63,787 bases of DNA, filler included, from Choristocarpus tenellus KU-1152 (GCA_964200185.2; 12 parts of 12 records of this genome joined end to end with filler, not necessarily neighbours in it), one strand, 5' to 3'; positions 25,785 to 40,346 are shown, counted from the first letter of the whole stretch. Notes: generated by a model not told the origin, from the sequence alone. Numbers and translations are program-made.

Positions 25785-26294
25785 GTGATCAGGTACGGTG
25801 GAGTGAGTATCAACTCCTCGAGTGAGTTGATGGGAAAACAACCCTTGGAGCAATCAGATACAGGTAATCAAAAACTCAAGGGGATAGGAGGGTGGCAATC
25901 AAGGAACATGAGATGGCAACAGAATAGATAACAAGGCATCCCATCCACATTTGCTTGGTCCTTCCTTCCATACAGACACCGAGACAACTACCCCTTGTTA
26001 CCGATTTTGTACCCCTAACTCTACCCCTAAAAATAAAACATGGTGGTCATACCCCCCCCCAAAAAAAAAATGCGTCCACTTCCCTCATGAACAGAATTGA
26101 CAAGACAACACAGACTGTGCTTGAATACGAAACGAAGTGCAAAGAGAGACACAAAAAATAAAAAAACACAACAACAACAACAACAACAACAANNNNNNNN
26201 NNNNNNNNNNNNNNNNNNNNNNNNNNNNNNNNNNNNTTAATTAATTAANNNNNNNNNNNNNNNNNNNNNNNNNNNNNNNNNNNNNNNNNNNNCA

Positions 26295-29170
26295 TTGGGT
26301 TGGCACCCACAGGCAGGCGTTGAAGTCAGGGGGGGGAATTATAGAGAGGGGAGTGGACAGGGGGGGGGAGGGGTTGGTGGAAGCTGGCAACCACGGCGAC
26401 CATTCTTTGTCGTTACTGGGGGTGCTAACTGTGAAGTTAAGGTCTGGGGGGTTGATACACAAGCTGGACAGGGCCGTAGCCAGCTTGCACTTGGAGGCTA
26501 CACTGTTGTAGGAGGGCGAGGGTTTAAAATCCAGGATGGAGATCACTCTGTCAGAGGGGGAAATGAGTCCAAGCAGGAACCTCTGGAGCAATCTAAAGAG
26601 CAACACTTGACATCTTTGGAGTTGGTGTCTGAGACCCATATGGTGTGTGGTTTCGGGGGTGGGGCACTGGAGTTGTGGCTGATTCCTTTCGATGCCCGCG
26701 GCAGAGTGGCAACAAGCAGAGGGCCTCAACAAGAATTCCCAGAGGCTCATAGTGGGGCAGTGACTTCCATATCTATTTCACTTGCCCTCCAGCACCCCAG
26801 AACTGGGTGTGTTGGGAGGGTTCTCCTCACTGCTGCTGCTGATTGTACTGTTGTACGATGGCATGTGGGGCACAGTGGGCTCCAACCCTTGAAGAGATTT
26901 TGCTTGTCCCGTGTAGCAGTTAATACTGCATTGCTTCCGGTCCCATTGAAGGGGGGTGACAATGGACAGGGTAGCCAGCACAATGTGAATTTGGATGATA
27001 AGAGCATCAGGTTCATCAAAAATAATTCGGATAGGGAGAACATGTGTTTCCGTGTAGTTGCTGCCCTGGACGGTGCAATACTCACACTTGAGGTGGCATA
27101 TGTGCAGGAGCTATTGGGTGCTTGGGTAGAGGGAGGGAAAAAGGGATCACGAAAATCCCTTGCAAATGCGCTAGTTGGGAAACCCCTTGCAGCATTCCTG
27201 CCTGACTCCAACAAAGTCAATAGTGAGAGAAACAGGGTCACAGGACCTCCTGAAGATCCTAGTAGACTTGACCCCTGGGCATCCATAGATGTTGGTGGCC
27301 CAAATGGTAAGAGTGCGGGACACTTCAAGGCCTTGGGGGGCCTCAGGGAAATTGACTCAGGGAGGGTAGCAGCAATTGTGACATCATATGCTAAGTTGAC
27401 ACGGAGTACCGCAAACACGGCAGTCAATGGAGCAAGCTTCTCCAACTCTCTTTCTCCTTCAGTGGATGGGGCAAAGGCAATAGAAGCTGATGGATGGGCA
27501 GCCCTGCTAGAATGTGATGGAGATACTTGCAAGCACAAACTTGGAGGCAACAAAGGGGCTACAAAGGGTACCCCACATCAGCACCGGCAAAAGTCACAGC
27601 TAATAAATCTCAGGGACCGCGCATCAACAGCTTGCGAATCATCTTCTCATACACCTTCACCTCCACCACCCGGGCCCAAGATCAACACTCTCAAGTTTAA
27701 ACGAATATTCTCAGAGAAGCAAGGGGAAGATGACAGTTCTACTGGACGTTCTGATTGCTACCTCAAAACTAGGTTAGGAACAGTGAAGCTGGATCCGAAG
27801 TACGCTGCAGCATCTTGTGCCAACAGCACCCGTACCCAGTCCACATTGGTAGACTCAGTGCAGCAGGAGGATCACACATTGGTAAGATTAGGGTTTGGTT
27901 ACTGAGGGGTCACTTCCATCTCCCCACCCGGACTATTATATCTCAAGGTCACCCCTCTTAGTGTTTCAATAGCAGTATATAATATTAGGAGGCCGTCAAG
28001 ACTGTCATGGGTGTCATGGTGCCCCCTATAGAACTATTTTTCACAACTATTAATGTCCTTTGTGTTGTCTTCCTCAAAATGACTCACTCAAAGTTCTGCT
28101 TCTTTCACCTCATAATACCCTTAGGTGTCCTAATCAGTTACAATAGGAGGCAGCACATCTTTGTAACTAGCAGTGACTGAGTAGGGAGACATGTAAAAGC
28201 CATCTACACAATGTAATACATAGTAATTACTCTTTCCCACTCGCAAAAGTTTGTCATTGCAAGCAGCTCTGACAATGCTGCCTTCTCTGTTTTCCCCTTT
28301 TGTATTGCTCCTCAAATTTCCACAGTCAAACTCCTACACCAGGTCTGTAGAACACAGCTTTGCTCCCTCATTTCATCCTCTCTACCTTCTCATTAGTCAC
28401 CTGTTCACTCCCAACTTTGCACTTATTCTCCCCCCCCACTAATTCCAGTCACAATGTGCCTTAGGTCTTACGCTGGAAACACCATCAGGAATCATTATGG
28501 CTGAGAACAGTTCTGGGGGGCGCCCTCATCCGTCCTGTGCAACTTCACCAAGCCCACCTCTTGGAAAGAAGCTCTTAAATCTTCTCGATATACCATCTAT
28601 AGGTAAGCCAGAGTCTCCTCTTCCCCCGAGTTATGGCTATGGTGCTGCCACTAACACCAGTGAAGAAGGAGAGTGGGACCCCAGACTAGGAGTAGCCACC
28701 CCATTCCAAGTGGAAGATCTAGGTGAATCAAGCGCAGCCTTGGTGACCAGCGAGAAGATGCTCAGGGGAAGCAAAGAGATCGCTGTAGCTCAGACAACCA
28801 TTGACAGGATCCTTGAGTCCGATGGAGTATGGACAAGTGGGATCGAGGAGATAGAGCATGGAGAAGGGAAAAAAACCAGCTCAGGTATATTGCAAGGGTT
28901 GATGTGTAAGGATAAGGAACCGGAAAATGAAGGAGAAGAAGATAGGGATAGAATGGGGACAGGGACTGGTTGGGATAAAAGGTTGGGAAAGGGGAAAGGG
29001 CAGAGCCGAGCAAGAGCAGGCAAGGGGAATCAGCCTTGCTCCCCCACGATAGTTTCCAGACCTTCCACTAGGATGGAAAGATTCCAGTTCAATTACGATT
29101 GTGCTCAGGCAGCAAATCAAGGTATGCCCGGTGCAGGCGTGGCAGTACCATTGGGCTTTGCAGATGCGAG
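26295..29170 (+). CDS. WD40-repeat protein fragment (large exon 26295-~27881; further exon ~28465-29170)
   Basis: 536-aa open frame with FVVTGGANCEVKVW, MVCGFGGGALELW, AHSGAVTSI...LLTAAADCTVVRW; donors ttg|gtaaga and gag|gtgagg; the phases suggest an unidentified intermediate exon. Confidence 0.75.
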
Positions 29171-29754
29171 GTGAGGTTATCTCAGACAGAGGGTATGCAT
29201 GCATGCCTTTGCACTGAAGCATACTAACTTAGAGGGGTCATTATTTGAGACATACGTGTTATATAAGGTTGGGCGATCTTCATGACCGATATGTAGTGCA
29301 CTGACCAAAAGTAGTGTTTTAGGATAGTAGAATGTATCGTGGAAGGAGATGACGATATTGTGTGAGGGATAATGTAAGATGAACAATCTTAGCAAGTGTT
29401 GTGTGTTAGTTTTTGTTCGATACAACAGGGTGACTAAATATAACAACAGTCTATCCTCTAATGTAATATGACTCCCTCCTCATTTTCACTCCCTACCCCT
29501 ATTTTATTCCTGCCACGTATTTGGAATACCAAAAGACCCAAAGTATCTGGGAGGGGGGGGNNNNNNNNNNNNNNNNNNNNNNNNNNNNNNNNNNNNNNNN
29601 NNNNTTAATTAATTAANNNNNNNNNNNNNNNNNNNNNNNNNNNNNNNNNNNNNNNNNNNNGGAAACCCAAATTGCAGTAAAAAAGACCGGGGGAAAAGGG
29701 GGGGGGCCCCCCTTTGGGGGGGGTGGGGGGGGGGGGGAGGGGGGGGGGGGGGAG

Positions 29755-30400
29755 GAGTGTGGATGTGTCAAGTTGGAAACACCTCCGCACATATAGAGTG
29801 CCATATGCTCAGCCTGCCCAAACAATACCAGTGGACGAGGAGGGGTTCTTTGGGAGAAGTGCTAAGGTGAGTGGAGGAGGAAGGAGGGGTTGGGGTAGGG
29901 GAGGGGAAAAGATGGATTGATCCTTTGTAGACTTAAGACTTAATTCTCTGTACTCTTGTCTGCGTGCACCTAGACGTAGATTTTTGGAAGGGGGGTGGAG
30001 AGTGGGGAGTGGCTCGAAATTGCTTGACATTTTAGAGTTTTTTCTTGATGTATCATCCCACCAACTCACTTGCTGTCTTGCTTTGTGTATAGATCTCATG
30101 GCCTGGAGATGAGGATAAGTGAAAATGAAGCGATAGAATGTACCATACCAGACCAGATCGCATCTCTAACTTTCAGGGATATCATCCTCTGGATTGATTG
30201 GATGTACCCATGGTAACAACTCCCGCTCCTTCCGCCTCCGTCCATTTCTTGCCTCTTCTGGATTGATTGGAGGCCAGGTCTATCCAGGGATTTTTATTTG
30301 TGGGGACCACCGTGCCACGCCAACACTGGACGGCGCCATGAGGAGCGGTGTTTTGGCAGCCGAGGCTGTCCAGCGAAGCCTCTTCATAGGCGACATGTAG
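29755..30400 (+). CDS. Flavin-containing amine oxidase family protein, last two exons (~29755-29866, 30278-30400)
   Basis: WKHLRTYRVPYAQPAQ and IFICGDHRATPTLDGAMRSGVLAAEAV* (C-terminal FAD-binding motif); aag|gtgagt and cag|gtc. Confidence 0.9.
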
Positions 30401-31569
30401 TTTCTAGTGACCCAACCATGCACAGCTTTGTTGGGTAAATTTTGACAACCTTCGGAGATGTCAAACCTTGATTCATTTGGGTGTGGGTGTGTATTGTACG
30501 CACATTTTTTTTTTATAATGTCACAATCGCTCACAGCACACAACTTTTAAACAGTTTCCGGTGTACTGCTTGCTTCCCTACAAGTATGGCTGGTGTTCTA
30601 GCGGCAAGCTTGATTCTCTTTTTCGTTCTTCTTGGAGACTATTATAGCTATAGAGTAGACCAGACTGATATCATCACCTTGTGGGGAAATGGCGGCGGCA
30701 TCGCATTTTTTTTCCCTTGGTGTCCATTTGTGCATTGTTTTCTCCTCAGCATAGTATTAATAATTGCACACACCATCGCTGTCCACTACCAGATTCGCTA
30801 TGATGAGCGTGAATATGAACAAATGAGAGGTGGGTTGCAACAAGGAGTACCCACAAACGAGGCATGCTAAGATCTCTCACAATATAGCTACTTTCGAGTT
30901 CCATAATTTGGCATTCGTATATGCCAAGCAAGAAGAAGATACCTCTGATTGGGTGATGTCGTAATTTCTACCTTTTCTTCCTGCTCGAATGGGGATAGTG
31001 TGTTGGACTTCCCAGCAATGATTCGAGTTCTATATTATATTTTCTCTCTAGTTGAAGTGGTGATGAATGGATTAGTTGAGCAACACCTACTTCTACTACC
31101 ACTACTACCTGGGGATATGTTACCCCTTCTTTGATAATCGCTTCGAGTTTAAACAGGTAATCATCATGAGTGAGAGGTAAGAGGTTTATTGTGTGATCAC
31201 CTCCATATTCATTTAATAGTTTCTGGTGGGGCATCAATTGACAGGTCAGTGGAATCTGTGTTGGTGAGGATACTAGGAGATGAACATTCAGTTGTTATGG
31301 TGCACCCAGGTGCTTTAGCTCAAGGGAGCGAGCACTTGCTTACAAGTTTTTAGCAATGCAGTATCAAGAATGCTGCAAGATAGAATTAGGACCAGAAGTC
31401 TGCGTGTACATTAGTGTTTCCACACAGTAGTGTGTTTGCGCAAAATGAAATTTACTATCGGAATGTTTTATGTATCCCTCCGATTTCTGTTGGTAATGTT
31501 TTTCATTTCCAAATTTGACCAAATTTACCATTTCTAGTCCCAAACGATATAGTGGTACCAGTTGCTTTG

Positions 31570-32380
31570 CCCTCTGGGGTTGTCCCGTCATAACTTCTGA
31601 TGTAGACATCGGATTAAAAAATAAAAGCATATGATGCCCATTACAAGACCCTCCAGAGTATGGACTTCGTTTTTTTTTTCACCAATTTTTTTTTCGAAGA
31701 GGACTCATATTAGGGTTCGAACCCTGGATTGTAGGTCAGCAAGAGTGGCAACAGATGCACCAAAACATATATTTTCATTGGTTTCCCCCTGACACATCTG
31801 CAAAATGTCAGAGGGCATAATAATAAAATATATTACTTGATTAAAGTATAGTGGTTTAGGCGGGAAAAAACGCCAGTCAAACGAATGATTCAATGAATGA
31901 ATGATAGTGTACATCTAATTCTTGTCTCCATCTGCCAGCAGGAATTCCGAATGTGCTGGGCGCCTATGAGACTTGTACCTCTTGTACTCCTTCTCAGCTT
32001 CCGGTCCAGTGGCACCCGTCTTGAAGTAGAGAAGATGGTGTGTGTACACCTTCTTGCAGTACTTCTTAATGAGCCAAACAGCCTGCCTATCCTCAGCTGG
32101 TTTCAAGCTCAAAGGAACGTTTTTTCGGAGTCTGTCCAAAGAATAGGTACAATGCTGTCGTAGTCAGTGCTTTGCTTGACCCCACACAAGCTCAATGGAG
32201 TTGAGCTCACAGTGACACTTTAGGAGCATTAGGCATACCCCTCCGTACCGCTTGACAAGAAGCTGAAAACAGGAACTACCTCGTTAAAGTCCCTCTGCTC
32301 TCCAAGCACATGCATCATGCTTTTGCTATTCTACACCCGGGTTTTCGCTTAGGTGTTTCCTGAGCGCAATCTCTTCCTGC
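31570..32380 (-). mobile_element. IS630/Tc1-like transposon deletion derivative retaining the transposase C-terminus
   Basis: EQRDF..CLMLLKCHCELNSIELVWGQAK..LRQHCTYSLDRLRKNVP...KRYKSHRR (31915-32315); ~190-bp non-coding end shared with 43850-44040. Confidence 0.8.
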
Positions 32381-35300
32381 TTTCCCGAGGTGGCAGAGAC
32401 TGCAGAACAGTGCTCCGACGTCGTTGAAGACCCAACCACCTTTGTGTGGTAATGCTTTCAAGGCATCTTCTCTCAGCATCAGTGTCGCAACGGCGTGGTC
32501 CATTTCGCAGTTTGATCATGCTGCTGCGCCACACTACTCGCATCGCACTGAGTGTCACACGGTACTTGCTTTTCCATCACCTCTCGACAGAGAAGGTGCC
32601 AAGGGTAGATCCAGGGAGCAGAGTGGCCTCGGTGGCTCTCCTTGTCTCACTGTCATGGTTTACGTTGCTTTGTAAGTCACACGTGTGTGTGGTCACAGAA
32701 AGTCTGTAAAAGGCGTTAAGGATGTCGGGAAATCTCGAGATATTTTTCGGTAGGGCCGCACCGGGCAATTTTGGGCAGCGACCAATCCCGTACCAGTGTT
32801 TTGCAAGGAGTTCAGTCAACTACTTCATTTTTGTATCTTTTGAAGTCGTGACCTTCAAAATTGCACCGGAGATATTCCCCCGTTTTATTTTCCATTACTT
32901 GATCGGGACATAACTCCCGTTCCCCGAACCTTATACAAAATCCACTATAACCTTCAAAAGCACTTGTCATACCCTTCCATTTTATATATATATAAAATGT
33001 GTCATACTCTTCCATTTGTTAAAGTCCATTTGTTGCGGCGATACGGTGAAACAAATCAAGATTGCCATAGAGAGCGAAGCTACTGATACCACCTTAGTGA
33101 AAATTATTATCGCCTCGGTAAGACCCTCGGGGCAACACTAAAAGTTTGATAATCTCATAGAGGAATTATCCAATCGAAGGACCAATTTGCATTTGTTTTA
33201 GCCAACTAAAATGCTACAAAAGTCGCAATGGTTTGGGTACCATAGGAGATGCGCGTGTTATGTTTGCTAGCATGTCACACGAAGCCCCGATCGTTAGGCA
33301 GGAATAGGACTACATCGCCAGAACAGGACGTCCATCCACGATGAGGTATCCTGCCAAACTTTGCTGCCACACCAAGAGGTTGTCAACAATGTACTGGCAA
33401 CCCTCGCACTGATGCTTCAATCTGTTTTAACCCAGAACTCCTCGCCCGCTGTCTGTGTTGCTGCAAACAAACAAACTGCTTCGGCTCCTGCGAAATGCGA
33501 ACCTCGTTCATTCCAAAAGGCAATGCATCAAAACCCGTTCGACCAGTCACATTCGTTCCCCAGCCTGGGCTTCGATCCCCACTTGCTTTAGCCGCAGAGA
33601 GGGCGAGCGATAGAAGTAGACACCATTCGGACAAAGACCTACCTCCATCGCTCAATCCACTGAGGGATGTCCAGGGAAGGGTTAAAATAGACGGAAGCTA
33701 ACACGGGCTACGACAGACTGCTCTTTCGTCACGGGGCGCTCACTAACACTGTCGAAGATAGTTTGAATTTGCTCGTCACCTTCGGATGGCGTTTCTTATT
33801 TTATACATTTTTTCTTTTTGATTGTGAATTTCATTTTGCGCGACAGGTTCCTTTTTGGGATCTCCGACACACACTGTATGTATAAGACGCGCGGTCAGAT
33901 ACAATTGNNNNNNNNNNNNNNNNNNNNNNNNNNNNNNNNNNNNNNNNNNNNTTAATTAATTAANNNNNNNNNNNNNNNNNNNNNNNNNNNNNNNNNNNNN
34001 NNNNNNNATGAAAAAATTGACCCCATATGGACAGCCGCCACCCCCCCCCAGATACTTTGAGCCCGTTTCCAACTATTTCATAGACACCAATATTTTAGCT
34101 TCGCACACGAATTCTGGATTACAATTAGTTAGCCTTCTCTTAGCCTTACCTTTGTTCTACTCCTACCTCAACCAACATCACACTAGTCATTCCTTACCAC
34201 ATGACCATCACCAAACCATCCTTCTTACCCTAGCAACTATGCGGTCAATTTCCGCGTATCCGATCACCAAACAATGCGGGAAATTTCTGCCACTCTGTTA
34301 TTCAGTCATCAAATAAAATAGCTGCCAATTTCTGTGTATCCAATCACCAAACAATGCGGCCAATTTCTCAAGGGTCTATCGTTTAATCAACACAATCAGA
34401 GGTATCAGGTTGAGAGTATGACCTGCAATCCATTCAGTATGTTGCCGTGTTCATATTATCTGAGCCTCGGACAAACTAGACATGTAGTGAAGACTCTTGC
34501 CTTACCTCACATATATTTCACCAGCAACATCTTCCTGTCTGTGTACATGATCCCTTCTCTCGTGTTGTAATGATCCCGTTGTCCTTTGGAAACAAAATTA
34601 CACCCACCTACTATATAGAGAACCATAAGGGAGCATGACAACATGTTGCACCAATAATCCTGTTGAGCTCCTTGTCTCACTTTCAACAACCATAAGCACT
34701 AGACGTTTTGACCTCGATTTGTACTTTTGCAACCCCATAAAAATATCCTAGAAATTGATTTTTGTTGGATATTGTGTTTTGTGAGACGGAACTGAAATGG
34801 AATCTCTCATGCATATTGTAGTTTGTCACTAGTGGGGACCTTGTTGACTTGACGCCCAATCTCACAGCGTGTCGTGCACATGGTTGTACTCTGTTGACAT
34901 TCTAAGACCAACATTGAACATTATGGCAATGTCCTAATGTACCACCCCACTCAGCTGTTGCGGTGATCAGAATATATCGGACAAAGATTATTGTAGATGC
35001 TAAACGGTCAACAAAACATTATTCGTATTTTATTGCAGATAAAGGTCATGTGCTATTGCCCTACTGAACCTGCCCTATTCTGTTCTTGGATGACTGGTAC
35101 ATTAGATAATGTATGTATGTGATGATGATTCTTGTAGATGCCAAACCGTCAATAAAACATTGTGTTCCTACTTCGAAGAAAATGAGAGCTATGAAGTTAG
35201 CACTATCATCATCCTCCCAAAAACATAACATCAAATTCAGAGACAAAAAGACCTACTCCAGTTCTTGAAAACCCCTTGTCCATTAAATAAATGATTTTAT

Positions 35301-37306
35301 CTACATTATAGATAAATAGTTTAGAAATAGTATCCATAAATGCTTGGTCACTATTTTTCACTGTTGTTAAAGAAATTGGTGTTCCCCAGACTTGTGTATG
35401 TAAATGACTCGATTAATTCCTTATTATGCAGAACAGGTTGTACATAAAGTAAGGAAGGTGTAAGGAAGGAGAGTGAGCTTCAAAGCTCAAAGGGGGTCAT
35501 CACCTTACAATTCATATTCTAATAACACATCACTCATTCTCTGTACCACTTGCTACAACCTTCATGCGTCACTCACGTAACACGTAACTCATTCTCTGTG
35601 TTGTATTCTCACGATTACTCAACAGAGAGTTTTCCTATCAATTATCCCGTTATCGAATCATAATAGTTCGATAACTCAATGTTTCTCCTATAGAATAATT
35701 TTTTACACATGAATAAAAAGCATATTCTTGACATTCACCCATCCAAAAAGCTCAGCTAAATCCGCCTGTAAAACCGCGACAAATGCCATCCCGATGTGGT
35801 GTTTTCCTCATCCAAACAAACTATTCGAACTGCTGCTGAGCAGAGGAAGCACAAAATATTATCCCTACCACTTTACAGAAGATCTTGTAGTCAGGCAGAG
35901 AGGAGAAAATGAGGACGAAGAACAGACAAGAACATCTTCTGTTGTATGTAATTTTTTTTATGTTTTTCTCCTCACTGTTGTTACCTTCACTATCCCAATT
36001 AATCTAACCTCCCTGAACAACATGTTCAGATGTACAAACATATTGGAAAGACGCCACTACAAAAACCAAGCCTCGATTGGTTCTCAAGAACCAAGTCACA
36101 TGCAAATATCAAAATAACTGATGCAACAATGGGATCAAGGGGGGCACAATATTATTACTACGACTACGAATAGTTAAGTTTACGAAAAAGAAGGAATGAT
36201 AGAGCAAACATTACGCAGTAGTATGACATTCCTCCTTCCAAAAATGGCATGCATATAGCACAGACGCTGCTGGCATGAACATCCCTCTGCTTCTAGTCAC
36301 CTCAAGGTAACACCATACTGTCCTCTTAAAAATCTCAACAAAGGAAACACTAAAACAACTATTGTTTCCTTGTTTGATGAAGGAGCCTACTTCTAAGTAC
36401 AACAACAAATATTTAGAGATGTAATGTGATGGATTTTGCAAACCAACAATAGATTTTGAACCTCCTCGAAAATTGCTCCAGCCAAGCAGCAACATGCTGG
36501 CCATAATATAAATAAACAGAACAGAGTTCTATCTACTTCAAGCCCTACCAACAGGTGGCACATCAAAATGTAGTTCCTCAAGCAATCTGTACAACATGAT
36601 GGAATAAAATGACAGAGTGTCATTCGTAGTGCATGCAGCTCATTCAACTCCTGACTAAAAAAAAAAGAAGCCACTCATAAACTACAATGAGAATCAGTCA
36701 CCCATAGAAGCGTCCCCAAGTTTATACAAATGCAAACCCATAGTTGTAACGAGGATCCAGTGAAAAATAACAGTTACCGCCAAATCCCAATCATTGGAGA
36801 TGTTTCCATCGCACTTGCTGAAGGTAGGTGGATCACATTACACATCTAACACAACTTCAACAGATTGTGGCGCCTTGTCAACATCCCCTCACACGGTCTG
36901 TTCACCAACCTGTAAGCCCTGTCCTAAAAATTGAGCACTCTTTTCCTTGTTCCTGTAACTTGCAGTTTATGATGTTGAGCATTCCTTTTGATAAACTTTT
37001 CTACTCTCTAAGTTCTTCCCTTTCACACTTGAACCTGGATGGAATGATACCTACAGGGTTGGGTTGTTTCAGCAGTGATTGTAAGATAGAGCAAGGATGC
37101 TTTTCTTCATACGATGATCTCCGCATGACTAAAAGCAAAAATATAATGGTCACGAGGATCCATTCCCCGTCATTGACCTCTCAATCTGTCAATCCCTTCC
37201 CACTTCATCTGCTCCTGCAGGGCAAAGTTGCTATGCTTCCCCTACATCTCACAGTGACCTTTAAAATTGTATATAGTATCAGCATGAGGGCCATCCCACC
37301 CTTTAA

Positions 37307-38932
37307 TCACTTCCCCCTATTTTGCTTTTCACTTGTAGATGCCTTGTCTACCTTCCTACCAGAGTCTGTAGGTGACTTAGATCTTACCCTGAATCCAAGC
37401 CTCTCTCGTGTGTGGTGTATCTTTCCATGGACTTTAGACGCCACCCCTGTCCCTCCTGATACAACCAATGATACTGCAGCAGAAGCCGTACCCTTGGCAA
37501 CGCCATGATGTTGAACCTTAGGCACCATCACTGATGTTGGCGATGCAACTGTCCCTTTAGTCCCCTTCAACCATCCTTTTGCACGCCCAAATCTGCTTCG
37601 TTTGGGGCTGTCAGAGTTGCCAGGAATTGTCTCCTCCTGTTCACTCTTCAAATGGGATTGAGCTGCCGTAGGAGAGGAACTAGTGGAGGATGGGTGCGGC
37701 AGCCTTTGTGCACCTGAAGTTCTACCATGATGAGACTTTTCATGGTCAGATTCATGAGAGTGAGCAAAGGGATGGAACAGCCTATGTGCCTTAGACCTTT
37801 TTCCATGATGGGACTTATCTTCATTTGTGATCTGGGAGGGGGGAGAGGGGGAGGTGGGGCAGGACGACACTGCTTGTGAATATTCTGATACATCCTGAGA
37901 TCCTCTTGCGACAGAGCTAGAAGGAGATGGGGAGGGAAGCTGATGAGTATGTCGCTGTTCGTGTGCTGGAGAACGGGGAGCACCCTGCACTGGGGAAATC
38001 ACATGGGGAGCATCCCGAGCCGGGGAACCCGCTGCAGGAGCATCCTGAACCTGGGAACCCATTGCAGGAGCATCCCGAGCCTGGGAACCCACTGCAGGAG
38101 CATCCCGAGCTGGGGAATGCACGCGGGGAGCATCCTGAGCTGGGGAACGCACGCGGGGAGCATCACCAACAGGGGAATGCAAGCGTTGGGGTTGACCATC
38201 CTCATTCTTTGCTGCCACAACTGGTGCTACACTTTTTGGGGACTGGGGCCAGTAGTGGTGCTTTGTTTCAGCATCTCTTATCCCCATCTTCTCGACAGGA
38301 ATGGAAGTGGTTGTGGACTCTTGCTCCACTTGCTTTGATGACACACCTCCCACTGACTCGTCACCCACAGTATGGCGACGGTGAGTCAAACTCGTTTTTT
38401 TCTCCTTAGTCAACTTTGGGCTGTCTTCGTTTCCATCAATATCAGTAAAACCTTCTTTCACCTTGGGCTTCCATTTCCTTAGTGTCGGGCCCTTGTTGTG
38501 ATGGTACCCGTCCAAAATTATCTTCAATGATTTAGTATGTTCAAAGGACTCCACACCACTCAGCAGTATAAAATCTTTCAGATCCCCTTTCTTACACACC
38601 AGAACTTCCTGGTTGCGCTGTATGGAAAAGCCGGGGCGAGGGTTACTCAAAAATGCTTTACAGCCACCACTCCAGGGAGCAGTTTCCTTTGAGGCAGGCA
38701 GTGGTGAACGTGCTGAGTTCAAGTTGACGGCATCAACATCTTGCTCTTTAGTATGAAACACCACCCCTGTCTGGTTTCCATCATCCTCAAAACCCGGTCC
38801 TGGGGTGCTCAAAAATCCTTGTTCCCTGTGGTCTCCTAAGATATTCTGTTGTACCATGCTATATCGACGCGTGCCCTTCTTCATGGTGTGAGTCATCATA
38901 TCCCAGAAGAAGCGTCCCACACGGAGCGCAGT
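37307..38932 (-). CDS. Large exon, low-complexity Ser/Pro/His-rich protein of unknown function
   Basis: 537-aa open frame with acceptor gtctag| at 38933; contains a 10-aa repeat; possible terminal exon at ~36924-37129. Confidence 0.7.
   Translation of the reverse strand, partial: TALRVGRFFWDMMTHTMKKGTRRYSMVQQNILGDHREQGFLSTPGPGFEDDGNQTGVVFHTKEQDVDAVNLNSARSPLPASKETAPWSGGCKAFLSNPRPGFSIQRNQEVLVCKKGDLKDFILLSGVESFEHTKSLKIILDGYHHNKGPTLRKWKPKVKEGFTDIDGNEDSPKLTKEKKTSLTHRRHTVGDESVGGVSSKQVEQESTTTSIPVEKMGIRDAETKHHYWPQSPKSVAPVVAAKNEDGQPQRLHSPVGDAPRVRSPAQDAPRVHSPARDAPAVGSQARDAPAMGSQVQDAPAAGSPARDAPHVISPVQGAPRSPAHEQRHTHQLPSPSPSSSVARGSQDVSEYSQAVSSCPTSPSPPSQITNEDKSHHGKRSKAHRLFHPFAHSHESDHEKSHHGRTSGAQRLPHPSSTSSSPTAAQSHLKSEQEETIPGNSDSPKRSRFGRAKGWLKGTKGTVASPTSVMVPKVQHHGVAKGTASAAVSLVVSGGTGVASKVHGKIHHTRERLGFRVRSKSPTDSGRKVDKASTSEKQNRGK
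37975..38180 (-). repeat. 30-bp coding minisatellite (DAPxVxSPAR x ~7)
   Basis: GGAGCATCCyGAGCyGGGGAAC.. units with 30-bp period, in frame in the large exon. Confidence 0.9.
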
Positions 38933-40173
38933 CTAGACCGGTATAAAACAGAATGGGGGTCATGTTTGGGAGGAGGGGAGGGTTTCACTTACAACTCAAA
39001 CAATGAGAGGGTAATAGAAGAACGAGATGAGGTATACAGGTACACAGTGACTCTGTTTACAAGAGATGACTTCCACTCAGGTCCATAAGAAATACAAAAG
39101 AGTTTTTTCAAAAAATACCTGGGATGTTACTGATAAGGAGGGACCATAGGGGTTGGCAATCTATTGATCCTACAGTTACTACTTTCTTTCCACTAATCTT
39201 ATCTATGACTACGCCATTCCATTGGTCCAAACTTGACTCGTTAGAGAATACTCCGAGTATCTCCCTCCTAACCCCATCAATGCAAGCACTATCACCACCA
39301 CTCTCTGCCGATACCATTGACATTCAACGGATCAATGACACAGTTTGTGCTTGTGGGTAGAATGGAATTTTCCTGGTAAACATCAATTATAAAAAAGGTC
39401 AACTGATAGTAAAATTGAGGAGGTGAAGTGGTGACATGAAAATCAAACGGTGCCTGAAATACATGCTGTTCAAGTCATGATAATGGTGAAATATTCAAAG
39501 TATGACACAAGTCACCTGGACAGTCAATACTTCCTGTCACAAGTAGTCAAGGCGATATCAGGAAATCATCCAGCCATACTACTGTGTTTCATGGACGATG
39601 AGAGGGGTGACTAATTGCCTTGCTCAAATAAAACGTGCAATTAGACTTAATCATCGACATTCAGATAAAACAGGAAGGAAAGTGATCCAAATTTGCAATT
39701 ACTACAACAGAACAATTACATACACACGTATGCTTGGTGGGAGTCTCCAACAGGTCCAATAGCAGCAAAGAACAAAAACAGTTACTACTGGCAAGTGCTG
39801 GCACTATAACGGTTTGTGTATGAGTGATCCATCAAGACCACGATCTGAGTGTCATCCAAATAGCTGGTCCAATGATAGCAACAAAATGCATGACAGATTG
39901 TATATGACCTAAGAGCTATTGCAGGTTCGGGCAGTGTACTACATAACACTATGTTGGGTTATGCGCACCTCCTTATCGCTGAGAGTCACATCTATGCTAG
40001 AAGTGGCGAACACCATGCTCAGACTGCGGGTCCTGCTCTCGGGGTCATTCTATGTAGAGTCCACACAAGGCAAATCACAGCAAGAAGGGCATGATCAGGA
40101 AGGGGTGTTGAATAGGATTATATCATACTTATTCCATTCAGAATAAAATGTAACATATCTTTTATAGCCCTGA

Positions 40174-40346
40174 GGCTCAAAGTATCTGGGGGGGGCGGGG
40201 TGGCTGTCCATTTGAGATCAATTTTTTCATGTCGTGATTTTTGGGTGATTTGGTTGCATACGTCGGATGGATAATGTAAATGCACTCTTCCTGATTATAG
40301 CCCAAATGGACACCCTGGTGTAGACCCCTCCCCCCCCAGATACTTT
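40174..40346 (-). mobile_element. MITE family A, inverted, ends at the gap
   Basis: GGCTCAAAGTATCTGGGGG...CCCCCCAGATACTTT. Confidence 0.9.

Noticed and set aside
26747-27553. 268-aa minus-strand ORF
   Set aside because: Antisense shadow of the WD40 exon.
33540-33590. tRNA/SINE-like TTCGATCCC motif
   Set aside because: No cloverleaf or A-box could be built.
36828-38409. Plus-strand ORFs (226, 160, 131 aa)
   Set aside because: Antisense to the large minus-strand exon and driven by its 30-bp repeat.
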